From an uncultured Nitrospiraceae bacterium (GTDB lineage Bacteria; Nitrospirota; Nitrospiria; Nitrospirales; Nitrospiraceae): a stretch of DNA of 64,000 nucleotides. Shown one piece after another: positions 1 to 11,986 of the stretch. Where the stretch lies: contig CAVSTP010000003.1 of NCBI GenBank assembly GCA_963730935.1, positions 192,001-256,000 on the forward strand. Reading direction: 5' to 3'. Every line of letters begins with the position of its first letter. Position 1 is the first letter of the stretch. A program made the position numbers and the translations under genes. The notes beneath the pieces are model-generated. The model did no database searches, was not told the DNA's origin, and saw only the letters and a program-made list of their open reading frames with translations.

Positions 1-848
1 TTCAGCCAGGTCTGCACGTCGCCTTTTCCTATCCAGGCCCATGGATTCTTGCTGTCCAATTGCACGGCTTGGTCAAAATCTGACCGAGCTTTGTCGATAT
101 GATCCGAGAAACCGCTCGGAGAACTGTGGTCGGAATACGCAATGGAAACCAGGCGCAGATAGGCTTGACCCCTGACGATCAACGGTTCGACGGAATGCGG
201 ATCCAATTGGACGGCCTCGGACGCAAGCTGAATTTTTTTCCAGAGGTCCGGAGTTTGAAACGCGGTTTCGAGCTGTTGTTTCGCCCGCAGCACCGGCTCG
301 GGCTTTCCATTTGGTTCGATCGTGAGCATCCTGACGCCTGTGGGTTCCTGTTGGGATTCTCGAAGCTGAGCGCGAAGATGCTGATTTTCCTGTTGGAGTT
401 CGCGAAAATGTCTGGCCAATTGGGCTTCGGACTGATGGCGGCGAACCGCATCGGCTAGGCTTTGCACGTCCACATTGGCGCGGATGCGGATGAAAAACAC
501 CGGCCGGTCGTTCTCGAGCGATCGGTGTGACTCGAGCACCTCGGTTTCCGCGACCGCGGCCGCGATCGTGCGGATTTCCCAAGAGGTGTTTCGGATCGTC
601 CGCCCTTGCGATTCCTTTTCCAGATCGTAGAACGTCGACTCCAGATAGACGCCGGCTTCCTCCACGGCTCTGCGCTGAGCACGCTGCAGGACTTTTTCCT
701 CAGCTGTGGCGAGTGTATCCCCATCGGCCATCACGTACTGAGCCTCGGCGATCACGGTTTTCGTAGCGGTGGCAAATGTAGTGGTGGGTACGAAGGCAGC
801 GAGGATAGCGGCCGCCGTTGCGAGACCCAGCCGGGACTGAATGCCCAT
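1..848 (-). CDS. Exported TPR-containing protein (partial, runs off window start)
   Basis: Hand-translated from ATG at 848: MGIQSRLGLATAAAILAAFVPTTTFATATKTVIAEAQYVMADGD...; signal-peptide-like N-terminus, coiled coil, then TPR-like DKARSDFDQAVQLDSKNPWAWIGKGD. No stop before position 1, so absent from the ORF track. Confidence 0.75.
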   Translation of the reverse strand, partial: MGIQSRLGLATAAAILAAFVPTTTFATATKTVIAEAQYVMADGDTLATAEEKVLQRAQRRAVEEAGVYLESTFYDLEKESQGRTIRNTSWEIRTIAAAVAETEVLESHRSLENDRPVFFIRIRANVDVQSLADAVRRHQSEAQLARHFRELQQENQHLRAQLRESQQEPTGVRMLTIEPNGKPEPVLRAKQQLETAFQTPDLWKKIQLASEAVQLDPHSVEPLIVRGQAYLRLVSIAYSDHSSPSGFSDHIDKARSDFDQAVQLDSKNPWAWIGKGDVQTWL

Positions 849-952
849 GTGATCAACTATACCGCCCGTTTCGTAGCTCGGCAACGCACCGGAGGGAGGG
901 GGCGAAGGAGGATTCCAATGCTTGGTGAGCCTGTAAGCGCTTGATTTTGCGC

Positions 953-1231
953 CTACCTCGCCTTGGGGAAGACCTGAGTAAAAGGATGGACTTCGACCCG
1001 TTCGAACACGCCGTGAACCGTATAGGGGTCTTCCCGGGCAAACTTTTGAGCTTCTTCGAGTGAGTCTGCCTCGATCACGATGAGGCTGCCGGTGTGATCG
1101 GTGAGTGGTCCTGCAAGCACGACCCGGCCGGCTCGGTCGAGGGGTTCCATGTTCGCCAGGTGCGCCGGCCGATAGATTTTGCGTTTGGCTTGGCCGTCGG
1201 GACCATCAAAACCGATGATGACGAATTTCAT
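953..1231 (-). CDS. YciI family protein
   Basis: MKFVIIGFDGPDG...RPAHLA...LAGPL...GSLIVIEADSLEEAQKFAREDPY matches the YciI pattern. Confidence 0.85.
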   Translation of the reverse strand: MKFVIIGFDGPDGQAKRKIYRPAHLANMEPLDRAGRVVLAGPLTDHTGSLIVIEADSLEEAQKFAREDPYTVHGVFERVEVHPFTQVFPKAR

Positions 1232-1251
1232 TCGTGTCGAGCGCGGCGAGC

Positions 1252-1662
1252 TTAGGCCGAGCCTTCCAGCGGGCAACGGTCTTTATATCCGGTGGTGATT
1301 TCATGCCACCATTTGATTTCTGGCTCGCCGTATTTCCAGCACAGAAATACGACACGGCCGTCTCGCAGGTGAGGAAAATCGCAGAGGCCGAGATCGACGT
1401 CTTTGACGACAACGCCCATTTCCTGAATGGCCTGAAGATTTTGACTGATCTGGTGCAGGCTGGTTATATATAGTGGACCGACAGCGCTGCCGCCTCCGTA
1501 TTCCGCTCGGGCGCTCGCTCGCCGAATATCATCTCTCGTGCGCGCCATCACGGCCTTTGCCTGGCGCACGGAGGCGATGCGCGTATTGAGCTGAGGAATG
1601 AGATGGTTGGCTTCCGAGATGCTAAACAGCCGGTCATGCTCTTGGTCGTCTTCACGGCCCAT
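1252..1662 (-). CDS. DUF2203 family protein
   Basis: RLFSISEANHLIP...GVVVKDVDLGLCDFP...VFLCWKYGEPEIKWWH...GYKDRCPL; GGAGGA SD before ATG 1662. Confidence 0.8.
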   Translation of the reverse strand: MGREDDQEHDRLFSISEANHLIPQLNTRIASVRQAKAVMARTRDDIRRASARAEYGGGSAVGPLYITSLHQISQNLQAIQEMGVVVKDVDLGLCDFPHLRDGRVVFLCWKYGEPEIKWWHEITTGYKDRCPLEGSA

Positions 1663-1788
1663 CGCTCGTTCCTCCAGCCTGGGATGTAGCACACCCTTCG
1701 AAGCCGCCGCAACCGCGGCTTTTCTCATCGGAGGATGACAGGGTTGGGCCCGACGAAAGGTGAGCGGAGGCTGGAAAGAAGCCCGGTG

Positions 1789-1817
1789 TTGACAACCATT
1801 GACCCGCGGGGTATGCT
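1789..1817 (+). promoter_or_regulatory. Sigma70 promoter of rho
   Basis: TTGACA (1789-1794), 17 nt spacer, TATGCT (1812-1817). Confidence 0.7.
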
Positions 1818-2139
1818 CCCATTAGTAGCGTTTAGTAGCGTTCCATTGTCGAGTCTACGTTCTCTCCACACACAAGAACTCCGAGGCAACTTTCCAAGAG
1901 CATTACATAAGAATAGGAATGAGTTCGGCTTTGGTTGCAGTTGACGGGCGCATCCACCATATGGACAACGGGCACGTCCTTCGCGGCACATCCCCTCTAG
2001 CAAACACACAATAGTCAACTCACTACTCAACGGTAATTGCGCATCGCTTCAATGGTTGATCATATTCCGCGTCGATACTCGTCTTTGACCATCAGCCCCC
2101 AGCTTGAGGATATGTATGGCACAAACTAAGGGAGAAGTT

Positions 2140-3387
<1,248 letters not shown>

Positions 3388-3472
3388 ACTTGTATCTGTG
3401 GATCGAGACAAGGTAAAGTGACGCGCCTTCGAATAGGCGAAGGCCGAACGCTTTAATGCCAGGAGTGCGATC

Positions 3473-3679
3473 ATGAAAAAGGGCATTCATCCGCTGTATC
3501 GAGAGGCGACGGTGCATTGCGCCTGCGGAAACAGCTATAAGACCCGATCGACCGTCGGCGACATCAACGTTGATATTTGCTCCAGCTGCCATCCCTTTTT
3601 TACCGGCACGCAAAAGATCGTCGATACCGAAGGTCGGGTCGAACGGTTTAAGAAGAAGTACGCGAAGAAGGGCAAGTAG
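3473..3679 (+). CDS. rpmE: 50S ribosomal protein L31 (Zn-binding type)
   Basis: MKKGIHP...CACGN...[12 protein letters not shown]...GRVERF. Confidence 0.97.
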   Translation: MKKGIHPLYREATVHCACGNSYKTRSTVGDINVDICSSCHPFFTGTQKIVDTEGRVERFKKKYAKKGK

Positions 3680-3699
3680 TCGGGCCAAGCCAACATAGG

Positions 3700-3736
3700 A
3701 GAGACCCTGCTTCGCAGAGGCAGGGTCTCTTTTTTT
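3700..3736 (+). terminator. Intrinsic terminator after rpmE
   Basis: AGAGACCCTGC...GCAGGGTCTCT hairpin followed by a T tract. Confidence 0.85.
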
Positions 3737-3771
3737 GTGTCCGCAACACGTGAGGAGATTGAGGACTCGGA

Positions 3772-4851
3772 ATGGATACGGGCTTGATGAAAAAGTGGGA
3801 AGCATCGGCCAGCCGGTACGACGAGCTGACGAGCCAGCTCATGGACGCGTCCGTCATCAGCCAGCCCGCCCTCCTCGTCAAGCTGACCAAGGAGCGCACG
3901 GAACTGGAAACGGTCTCGCAGCTGTTTCACCGGTATCAAGAGATCCTCAAACAATTGGACGAGGCGGCGCACATGCTGGCGGATTCTTCTGCCGGAGCCG
4001 AGCTTCACTCGTTGGCGACCGAAGAAACTGCGCAATTGGGGGCCGAGCGCGACGACCTCGAGCGACAGGTGTTGGAGCATCTCACGCCGAAAGATCCGAG
4101 GGACGAAAAGAATCTATTCTTGGAGATTCGAGCCGGAACCGGCGGGGATGAAGCCGCCTTGTTTGCAGGTGACCTCTTTCGGATGTATGCCAAATTTGCA
4201 GAGCGGCACAAGCTGAAGGTCGATATCGTCGAGGCGTCGGAAGCCGGCAAGGGCGGATATAAAACGCTCATCGCCGTCATCGAAGGCAAGGGCGGCTACG
4301 GACTCTTCAAATATGAGAGCGGCGTTCATCGCGTGCAGCGCGTGCCGGTGACGGAAGCCGCCGGTCGAATCCATACCTCGACAGTTACCGTCGCTGTCAT
4401 GCCCGAGGTCGATGAAGTCGACGTCCAGATCGATCCGAAAGATTTGCGCATCGATACGTTTTGTTCTTCCGGTGCCGGCGGCCAGAGCGTCAATACGACC
4501 TATTCGGCCGTCCGCATCACCCATATTCCGACCGGCGTCGTTGTGTCCTGCCAGGACGAGCGGTCGCAATTAAAGAATCGTACGAAGGCCATGCGGACGC
4601 TCCGTGCCAGAATCGTCGAGGCAAAGCGCGAGAAGCAGGAGGCTGAAATCGCGCAAACCCGAAAGGCGCAGGTCGGAACCGGCGATCGCAGCGAAAAAAT
4701 TCGCACCTATAATTTCCCTCAGAATCGCGTCACAGACCATCGCGTCGGATTGACGCTGCATAAGTTGGAGCAGGTCCTCGCAGGCGATATGGACGAGTTT
4801 GTCGAGGCGTTGCGCGCCCAACGTGATCATGCGGCTGCGGAGGCCTCATGA
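3772..4851 (+). CDS. prfA: Peptide chain release factor 1
   Basis: GGQ motif (SSGAGGQSVN) and RF1 PVT motif (QRVPVTE). Confidence 0.97.
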   Translation: MDTGLMKKWEASASRYDELTSQLMDASVISQPALLVKLTKERTELETVSQLFHRYQEILKQLDEAAHMLADSSAGAELHSLATEETAQLGAERDDLERQVLEHLTPKDPRDEKNLFLEIRAGTGGDEAALFAGDLFRMYAKFAERHKLKVDIVEASEAGKGGYKTLIAVIEGKGGYGLFKYESGVHRVQRVPVTEAAGRIHTSTVTVAVMPEVDEVDVQIDPKDLRIDTFCSSGAGGQSVNTTYSAVRITHIPTGVVVSCQDERSQLKNRTKAMRTLRARIVEAKREKQEAEIAQTRKAQVGTGDRSEKIRTYNFPQNRVTDHRVGLTLHKLEQVLAGDMDEFVEALRAQRDHAAAEAS

Positions 4852-5750
4852 CACCGCGTACTGCCATGGATAACCAATCCGACCAGTGCACCCTGGCATC
4901 CGCGATGGCGGATACCCGCCGGCGACTCGTTGCCGCGGGAGTTGAAGCCGCTGACCGCGAAACGCGATGGTTGATCGAGCATGCGCTGGGTCTGACCGGT
5001 TCAAGCCAGCTCGTCGACCCCGCACGTCCTCTGGATGAACGCGAGAGGGCAAAAGTGGATGACTACGTCACCCGAAGGGCCGCAAGGGAGCCGCTTCAAT
5101 ACATTTTGGGAACCCAGGAATTTTGCGGGCTAGATTTCGACGTCAATCCCGCCGTGCTGATTCCCCGTGCTGAAACGGAGCTGTTGGTGCAGGAAGTGAT
5201 TCGTCGCCTGACGCGAGGGGGGCGTCCCACGGTCGTCGACGTCGGTACGGGATCCGGCTGTGTGGCTGTGACGCTTGCACGAGCCCTATCGAGCGCAAGG
5301 ATATTTGCCACTGACCTCTCCGGTCAGGCGCTGGAAACAGCCAAACGCAACGCCTCCCGCCACGGCGTCGATACAACCATCCGCTGGCTCGAAGGCGACT
5401 TGTTAGCGCCTCTTGTCGGCGTGTGCTGCGACGGCGAGGTGACTGCGATTGTGGCCAACCCGCCCTACATTCCCGAATCCGAATGGAGCGGTCTGCAGCC
5501 GGAGGTCAGCGGCTACGAGCCGCGGATGGCACTGGTCGCAGGAGCCAAAGGCACCGAAGTTCATGAACGGCTCCTTGATGAGGCGGCTTCGTTTCTGGCT
5601 CCCGGAGGATTGTTGGCCATGGAGTTGGGACAGGGTCAGAGCACTGGTCTCCGCGCCAAGATCGAGACCATGTCTGTTTATGAACGCGTTGAAATCCTGC
5701 CGGACGAGGCTGGGATTGATCGAATTGCGATCGTCGAGCGAGCCGGATGA
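4848..5750 (+). CDS. prmC: Release factor glutamine methyltransferase
   Basis: REPLQYILG, VLIPR, DVGTGSG, NPPY; overlaps the prfA stop. Confidence 0.95.
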   Translation: MTPRTAMDNQSDQCTLASAMADTRRRLVAAGVEAADRETRWLIEHALGLTGSSQLVDPARPLDERERAKVDDYVTRRAAREPLQYILGTQEFCGLDFDVNPAVLIPRAETELLVQEVIRRLTRGGRPTVVDVGTGSGCVAVTLARALSSARIFATDLSGQALETAKRNASRHGVDTTIRWLEGDLLAPLVGVCCDGEVTAIVANPPYIPESEWSGLQPEVSGYEPRMALVAGAKGTEVHERLLDEAASFLAPGGLLAMELGQGQSTGLRAKIETMSVYERVEILPDEAGIDRIAIVERAG

Positions 5751-5762
5751 GGGAGCCTGGGT

Positions 5763-7022
5763 ATGGATAAAATCGTCATTTCGGGGGGCATTCCGCTTCG
5801 CGGCGAGGTTCAGGTCAGTGGAGCAAAAAACTCTGCGCTGCCTATCCTTGCGTCCACGATTCTCGGCGGTGGTGAGTGCGTCATCAGCAATGTGCCGCGT
5901 GTCGTCGATGTCGTCACCATGGGAAAACTTCTGGGCATCCTCGGCGCGGACGTCCATCACGAAGGCAATCGGGCGGTCATTAATGCGGATGTCATTCGAT
6001 CGACGCAGGCTCCCTACGAGTTGGTGAAGACGATGCGCGCGTCAGTACTCGTGCTGGGGCCGCTGGTGGCCCGCTGGGGAGAAGCAGTGGTGTCCTTGCC
6101 CGGCGGTTGTGCGATTGGCTCCCGTCCTGTGAATCTGCATCTGGCCGGGTTGGCCAAGTTGGGAGCCAAGGTGTCCATCGAGCATGGATACATCCGGGCT
6201 AAAGCCAAACGGCTCAAAGGCGCGCCCATCTATTGCGATGTGCCGACCGTGACAGGGACTGAAAATCTGATGATGGCGGGCTCACTGGCTCAGGGTACGA
6301 CGGTCATTGAGAATGCCGCGAAGGAACCCGAGATCGTCGACCTGGCGGAATTTCTCATGAAACGCGGCGCGCGCATCTCTGGCGCCGGCACGGATGTCAT
6401 TACGATTGAGGGCGTTCGCGAGCTGCGCGGAAGTGATCACGAGGTGATTCCAGACCGCATTGAAGCGGGTACCTATGTCGTGGCAGCAGCCATCACGAAG
6501 GGTGCCGTGTCGGTCGCTCGATGTCGTCCGGACCATCTGGAGCCGTTGCTGAACAAGCTTGGAGAGGCCGGCGTGTCAATCGCCGTCGAAAAGGAACGGG
6601 TGCACATCGATGCGACCAAGTCCGTCCGATTGAAAGGCGTTGACGTCCGTACGCTGCCATTTCCCGGGTTTCCCACCGATATGCAGGCGCAAATGGTCGC
6701 GCTGATGTCGGTGGCCGAGGGCACGAGCATCATTACGGAAACGGTGTTCGAAAGCCGGTTCATGCACGTTGAAGAGCTACGGCGTATGGGAGCGGACATC
6801 CGCGTCGAGGGCAACCGTGTGGTGGTGACCGGGCGGGATCGGCTCACCGGCGCCCCGGTCATGGCGTCAGATCTGCGCGCCAGCGCCGGTCTGGTGTTGG
6901 CCGGTCTGGCCGCCGACGGCACCACCGAGGTGCTGCGCGTCTATCATCTGGACCGTGGCTACGAGCGAATTGAAGAAAAGCTTCGCGGACTTGGCGCCGT
7001 CATCGAGCGACGAAAAGGATAA
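5763..7022 (+). CDS. murA: UDP-N-acetylglucosamine 1-carboxyvinyltransferase
   Basis: [34 protein letters not shown]. Confidence 0.97.
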   Translation: MDKIVISGGIPLRGEVQVSGAKNSALPILASTILGGGECVISNVPRVVDVVTMGKLLGILGADVHHEGNRAVINADVIRSTQAPYELVKTMRASVLVLGPLVARWGEAVVSLPGGCAIGSRPVNLHLAGLAKLGAKVSIEHGYIRAKAKRLKGAPIYCDVPTVTGTENLMMAGSLAQGTTVIENAAKEPEIVDLAEFLMKRGARISGAGTDVITIEGVRELRGSDHEVIPDRIEAGTYVVAAAITKGAVSVARCRPDHLEPLLNKLGEAGVSIAVEKERVHIDATKSVRLKGVDVRTLPFPGFPTDMQAQMVALMSVAEGTSIITETVFESRFMHVEELRRMGADIRVEGNRVVVTGRDRLTGAPVMASDLRASAGLVLAGLAADGTTEVLRVYHLDRGYERIEEKLRGLGAVIERRKG

Positions 7023-7025
7023 ACG

Positions 7026-7730
7026 ATGCTGACCGTTGCACTCTGCAAAGGCAAGCTGATCGAGCCGACGTTCAAACTGTTTGCGAAGGCCGGGTATGGC
7101 GCGATCCAGCCCGCGGCCGATAGCCGGCGCCTGCTGCTTCCCTGTCCTGAAATCGGGATGACGTTCCTGATCGTCAGGCCCGCCGATGTGCCCACGTATG
7201 TTGAGCACGGAGCCGCCGACGTCGGCATCGTCGGCAAGGATGTCTTGCTGGAGCAGGACAGCGACGTCTATGAGCCATTGGATTTGGGGTTCGGAGCGTG
7301 TAGAATTGCCGTCGCCGCTTTCCGAGGGCAAATAGCGCGTGACCGGCTCTCATCAAAAATCCGCGTCGCGACCAAGTATCCGAAGATTACTGAACGCTAT
7401 TTCAACCAGCGCGGAGTGCCGGTTGAAATCATCAAGCTCTACGGCTCAATTGAACTGGCACCTATCGTCGGCCTGGCCGATCGCATTGTCGATCTGGTTG
7501 AGACCGGCAATACGCTCAAGGCGCATGGTCTGGTCGAGATCGAGTGTATCGCCCGGTCTACGGCCCGTTTAATTGTCAACAGAGCCAGCCTCAAGTTGAA
7601 ACACCAGGCCATAGCGGAGTTACTGAAGAATCTTCGGCTGGCTTGCGCTTCTCCACAACGACCCTCCAGGGCCGGGTCGGCGCAGCAAGTGCGGCCGCCC
7701 GGGCGGAAAGAGAATCGGACGCGCAAATGA
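7026..7730 (+). CDS. hisG: ATP phosphoribosyltransferase (short form)
   Basis: [44 protein letters not shown]; no C-terminal regulatory domain. Confidence 0.93.
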   Translation: MLTVALCKGKLIEPTFKLFAKAGYGAIQPAADSRRLLLPCPEIGMTFLIVRPADVPTYVEHGAADVGIVGKDVLLEQDSDVYEPLDLGFGACRIAVAAFRGQIARDRLSSKIRVATKYPKITERYFNQRGVPVEIIKLYGSIELAPIVGLADRIVDLVETGNTLKAHGLVEIECIARSTARLIVNRASLKLKHQAIAELLKNLRLACASPQRPSRAGSAQQVRPPGRKENRTRK

Positions 7731-9010
7731 AGATTGTCGCTTCCACTGACCGGGCCTTCGCTCCCACCCTGAAGAAGGTGGCCGCGCGTGCACGGGCCCA
7801 GGGCAGTACAGTCGAGAAGCCGGTCAAAACCATCCTCCAGGCCGTGGAGCGTGGCGGCGACAAAGCGGTCCTTCGCTTCACCAAACAATTCGACAAGGTC
7901 GCCCTAGCTCCTCATCAGATGAAGGTCACTCCTGAAGAAATCAAGGAGGCGTACTACCATATTCGTAAGGAGGAGGGTGATGCGCTGCGTTTTGCGGCTC
8001 AGCGGATCGAGGCCTTTCACGAACGCCAGCGGACGAAGACCTGGATGTATCAGGATGGCGCGGCGACGCTAGGCCAGGTGGTTACGCCGATCGATGCTGT
8101 GGGCGTGTATGTACCGGGCGGCAAGGCCGTCTATCCGTCGACCGTGTTGATGAGCGCGATTCCGGCCAAGGTTGCGGGCGTGCAGCGCATCGCGATGTGT
8201 ACGCCACCTCAGAAAGGTGGGGTCAATCCCTATCTGCTGGTTGCAGCGGACATTGCCGGTGTCACGGAAATTTATCGCGTGGGAGGCGTGCAGGCCATCG
8301 GTGCGCTGGCCTTCGGCACCAAGACCATCGCCAGAGTGGACAAGATCGTAGGGCCGGGCAACCTCTACGTCGCTACGGCCAAGCGGATGCTGTACGGGAC
8401 CGTCGGCATTGACATGGTTGCTGGTCCCAGCGAGTTGCTCGTCGTGGCCGATGAAGGGGCGAAGCCCGCACATGTGGCAGCGGACCTACTGTGCGAGGCC
8501 GAACACGACGAAGAGGCGCAGGTCTGGTTGGTGACGACCTCCGCATCGCTTGCCAAGGAGGTCGTCGATCTCGTTGAGCGTCAATTGAAGGGGCTGCAAC
8601 GGGAAAAGATCGCGACGAAATCGATCGACAGATATTCCGTCGCATTCGTTGTGACAACGATGGATGAAGCGATCAATGTGGCCAACGAGATTGCAGCTGA
8701 GCACCTGACGCTTTCAGTGGACGAGCCGTTCGATTATCTCGAGCGCATACGGCACGCTGGGGCGTTCTTCCTGGGCCGATATACTCCGCCCTCCGTGGCG
8801 GACTACATCGCCGGACCCAATCACGTGCTTCCGACCGGTGCGACGGCACGGTTTTTCTCGGCGCTGTCCATTCATGACTACACGAAGATCAGCAACATCG
8901 TGCACTACACGAAGGAAGAACTCAGTAAAGTAAAGGACCATCTTATTCGGCTTGCGCAGATCGAAGGGTTCGACGCGCATGCCAAAGCCGCTCAAAGCAG
9001 GTTCTCATGA
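7727..9010 (+). CDS. hisD: Histidinol dehydrogenase
   Basis: [39 protein letters not shown] overlap with hisG. Confidence 0.95.
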   Translation: MKIVASTDRAFAPTLKKVAARARAQGSTVEKPVKTILQAVERGGDKAVLRFTKQFDKVALAPHQMKVTPEEIKEAYYHIRKEEGDALRFAAQRIEAFHERQRTKTWMYQDGAATLGQVVTPIDAVGVYVPGGKAVYPSTVLMSAIPAKVAGVQRIAMCTPPQKGGVNPYLLVAADIAGVTEIYRVGGVQAIGALAFGTKTIARVDKIVGPGNLYVATAKRMLYGTVGIDMVAGPSELLVVADEGAKPAHVAADLLCEAEHDEEAQVWLVTTSASLAKEVVDLVERQLKGLQREKIATKSIDRYSVAFVVTTMDEAINVANEIAAEHLTLSVDEPFDYLERIRHAGAFFLGRYTPPSVADYIAGPNHVLPTGATARFFSALSIHDYTKISNIVHYTKEELSKVKDHLIRLAQIEGFDAHAKAAQSRFS

Positions 9011-9615
9011 AAAAAAACGGATCGGCGCCCAGACAGGCGTCGCTGCATCGCGCGACGAAAGAAACCGACATTCGCGTCGAATGGACAATTGACGGGAGCG
9101 GACAGGGAAAGATCGATACGGGCATCCGGTTTCTCGATCACATGCTCGAGTTGCTGGCGAAACATGGGTTCTTCGATCTCACCGTTCACGCCAAGGGCGA
9201 TCTCGACATCGACGAACACCACACGGTCGAAGATGTGGGGATCGTCATGGGGAAGGCGCTTCATCAGGCTTTGGGGGAGAAGGCGGGGATCAAGCGCTTC
9301 GGATTCTCTTCTGCACCGCTGGATGAAACGCTGGCGCAGGTTACGATCGACCTCAGCGGCAGACCCTTCTTGGTCTACAACGTCAATCTGCCGGATCGGA
9401 AGATCAAGGCGTTCGATCTCGGCCTGTTCGAAGACTTCTTCCAGGCGTTCGTGACTCACGGCGGGCTGAACCTGCACGTGAATCTCCTCTATGGCCGCAA
9501 CCCGCATCACATCATGGAAGCAATCTTCAAAGCCACGGCCAAGGCCCTGGATCAGGCAACGATGCTGGAGGAACGATTGGCAGGAAAAGTGCTTTCGACC
9601 AAGGGGACGTTGTAA
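9007..9615 (+). CDS. hisB: Imidazoleglycerol-phosphate dehydratase
   Basis: [29 protein letters not shown]. Confidence 0.96.
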   Translation: MKKNGSAPRQASLHRATKETDIRVEWTIDGSGQGKIDTGIRFLDHMLELLAKHGFFDLTVHAKGDLDIDEHHTVEDVGIVMGKALHQALGEKAGIKRFGFSSAPLDETLAQVTIDLSGRPFLVYNVNLPDRKIKAFDLGLFEDFFQAFVTHGGLNLHVNLLYGRNPHHIMEAIFKATAKALDQATMLEERLAGKVLSTKGTL

Positions 9616-9760
9616 CCGTCCTCGCACCCCGACGGGTGTAGGGACCCCGCTGTGGACGCTTGGGAGGAATAACCGCGTCTCTGCGCGCTTGGGGTGGGCG
9701 GGTGAGAATGCTCCTGATCGGTGACACCCGCGAGTTGCCGGGGATGGTGCTAGGGATATG

Positions 9761-9799
9761 GAGGCAGGTTTCTAAATAAGAAACCTGCCTCTTTGTTTT
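9761..9799 (+). terminator. Intrinsic terminator-like hairpin between hisB and hisH
   Basis: Perfect 13-bp stem GAGGCAGGTTTCT/AGAAACCTGCCTC followed by TTTGTTTT. Confidence 0.7.
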
Positions 9800-9883
9800 C
9801 GGTGGCAATGAGGCGAACAAGATTAGGTAGTAGCAGGCTGAATCGGGTTGCGGTATTGTTACAGCCGTTTCCAGGAACAGGTC

Positions 9884-10495
9884 ATGATCGCGATTGTCGA
9901 CTACGGAATGGGAAACCTGCGCAGCGTCTCGAAGGCGTTTGAGTCGGCCGGGCATCAGGCGGTTGTCACTCGAGACCCAGTCATGATCAGGAATGCTGGT
10001 CATGTCGTGTTGCCGGGGGTTGGAGCCTTTGGTGATTGTATGGCGAACTTGGAGCGATTTGACCTGGTCGAATCGATTCGATCCACGATTCACTCGGGGA
10101 AGCCGTTCTTGGGTATCTGTCTGGGTTTGCAACTCCTCTTCACTGAAAGCGAGGAGTTCGGCGTTCACAAGGGATTGAACATCATCCCCGGAAAAGTCAG
10201 GAGGTTCGTTCTCGACCCCTCGTTGAAGATTCCTCACATGGGCTGGAACCAAGTCCACGTCCGGCGGGACTGTCCGCTCTTCGGTGATATCCCGAACGGC
10301 TCCGATTGGTACTTTGTCCATTCCTATTTCGTCGACCCGGCCGACCCTGTCGTGGCAGTCACTACCACGACGTATGGGGTTCCTTTTGTATCCACCATCT
10401 GGAAGGACAATATCGTCGCCTGCCAGTTCCACCCGGAAAAGAGCCAATCCGTGGGCTTACGGTTGATCAAAAACTTCGGAGCGTGGCGTGGATAA
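9884..10495 (+). CDS. hisH: Imidazole glycerol phosphate synthase subunit HisH
   Basis: IAIVDYGMGNL, LPGVGAF, LGICLG, QFHPEKS. Confidence 0.96.
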   Translation: MIAIVDYGMGNLRSVSKAFESAGHQAVVTRDPVMIRNAGHVVLPGVGAFGDCMANLERFDLVESIRSTIHSGKPFLGICLGLQLLFTESEEFGVHKGLNIIPGKVRRFVLDPSLKIPHMGWNQVHVRRDCPLFGDIPNGSDWYFVHSYFVDPADPVVAVTTTTYGVPFVSTIWKDNIVACQFHPEKSQSVGLRLIKNFGAWRG

Positions 10496-11243
10496 CCGTG
10501 CGTGGGGTCAGGGCCGATTCTGTACGCTGGCGATTGCGTCACTGTTGATGGCCGGGATCGCATGCAGCGGCCCCAAGGTGACGACGCAGACCTCCAAGGA
10601 ATTGCCTCGCTATCAGATCCGCACCATCGCCTTGATGCCGTTTACGAGCTTGGGGACACCGCAAGTGCGGGATCCGGCTGATATGTATATGTCCGCACCG
10701 CAAAGCGTGAAGGGCTCGGATATCTCGTTAGGTGTGCCTACCGGCGTCGAGAGCCAGTTGAAGCAGACCATAACGGTGCCGGCCTATGCGGCTGAGAAGC
10801 TGACGCAGCTGTTTTGGACGAGGCTGAAAAACCGGCCAGGAGTCCTAGTGCTTCCTCCCGCCCAAGCCGCTGCCGCCAAGGTTGCCATCCAACCGGCGGA
10901 AGAGACCACGAAGGCTACGCCGGAACACCAGGCTGCGGGCCTCGCCGCCAAACTCAAGGCCGACGCAGCCTTGATGGGACAGGTTCTGGTGTATCAGGAG
11001 CGATCGGGCGGCAAACTCGGAGCAAACCCTCCCGCGACGGTCGGATTTGAAGTGAAGGCGGTAGCGGCAGACGGTCAACTGCTCTGGGTCGGCAACTACT
11101 ATGAACAGCAGAAGCCGCTGACCCAGGATTTTCTGGGATTCGTTCAGCATGGGGGCGTATTTGTGACAGCAGAAGAATTGGCCCAGTATGGTGCTGATCA
11201 GATGTTAAAAAAGTTTCCATTCGGCAGCCACGAAGGAGAGTGA
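10488..11243 (+). CDS. Lipoprotein of unknown function
   Basis: Lipobox-like IAC-SG after a hydrophobic stretch; IRTIALMPF and ADAALMGQV motifs resemble alpha/beta periplasmic lipoproteins. Confidence 0.75.
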   Translation: MDNRAWGQGRFCTLAIASLLMAGIACSGPKVTTQTSKELPRYQIRTIALMPFTSLGTPQVRDPADMYMSAPQSVKGSDISLGVPTGVESQLKQTITVPAYAAEKLTQLFWTRLKNRPGVLVLPPAQAAAAKVAIQPAEETTKATPEHQAAGLAAKLKADAALMGQVLVYQERSGGKLGANPPATVGFEVKAVAADGQLLWVGNYYEQQKPLTQDFLGFVQHGGVFVTAEELAQYGADQMLKKFPFGSHEGE

Positions 11244-11246
11244 GCG

Positions 11247-11966
11247 ATGATGGTCATTCCGGCCATCGACGTCAAAGATGGACGGTGTGTCCGATTGCGT
11301 CAAGGCGATATGGCTGCGGAAACAGTGTATTCAGACGATGTTGCTTCGATGGCCCGACGGTGGGAGGAAGCTGGCGCGCGGATGATTCATCTGGTGGATC
11401 TCAACGGCGCCGTGGAGGGAGAGCCGAAGAATTTTCCCCACATTGAGGCAGTGCGGAAGGCGGTAGGAGTCGAGGTCCAAGTTGGTGGCGGGATACGAAC
11501 GCTTTCGACGGTCCGGCGGTATCTCGAGGCCGGCGTCTCTCGCATCGTGCTTGGCACCGCGGCTCTGACGGACCGGAAATTTCTCGACGAAGCCTGCCGT
11601 GAATTCCCCAGGCGCATTCTCCTCGGACTGGATGCACGGGACGGCAAAGTTGCTGTAAAGGGTTGGACGTCGGTGTCTGAGACCACCGCTATTGATCTGC
11701 TCAGGGAGCTGTCTGGCTATCCGATCGGAGCGGTAATCTACACCGACATCGATCGGGACGGGATGCTGGGCGGGCCGAATCTGTCTGCGCTCAGGGAAAT
11801 CGCGACCTATTCTCCGTTTCCCGTCATCGCCTCCGGAGGGATCTCCCACGTTGAAGATTTGAAGGCCGTGCGCACTCTGGGGCCACAGGTCGTGGGAGCA
11901 ATTGTGGGCAAGGCGCTCTACGATGGAAAGCTCGATTATCGCGCCGCCCTTGCCGCCATGCGCTAA
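11247..11966 (+). CDS. hisA: ProFAR isomerase HisA
   Basis: [36 protein letters not shown]. Confidence 0.96.
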   Translation: MMVIPAIDVKDGRCVRLRQGDMAAETVYSDDVASMARRWEEAGARMIHLVDLNGAVEGEPKNFPHIEAVRKAVGVEVQVGGGIRTLSTVRRYLEAGVSRIVLGTAALTDRKFLDEACREFPRRILLGLDARDGKVAVKGWTSVSETTAIDLLRELSGYPIGAVIYTDIDRDGMLGGPNLSALREIATYSPFPVIASGGISHVEDLKAVRTLGPQVVGAIVGKALYDGKLDYRAALAAMR

Positions 11967-11986
11967 CGGTAGAGGTCAAAATCGAC

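Noticed and set aside
73..944. Short ORFs listed in the track on both strands
   Set aside because: Shadows of the real minus-strand TPR gene (848 to <1), which the track missed because it has no stop in the window
9527..10447. 306-aa minus-strand ORF spanning hisB-hisH
   Set aside because: Mostly antisense to hisH, with no protein-like motifs
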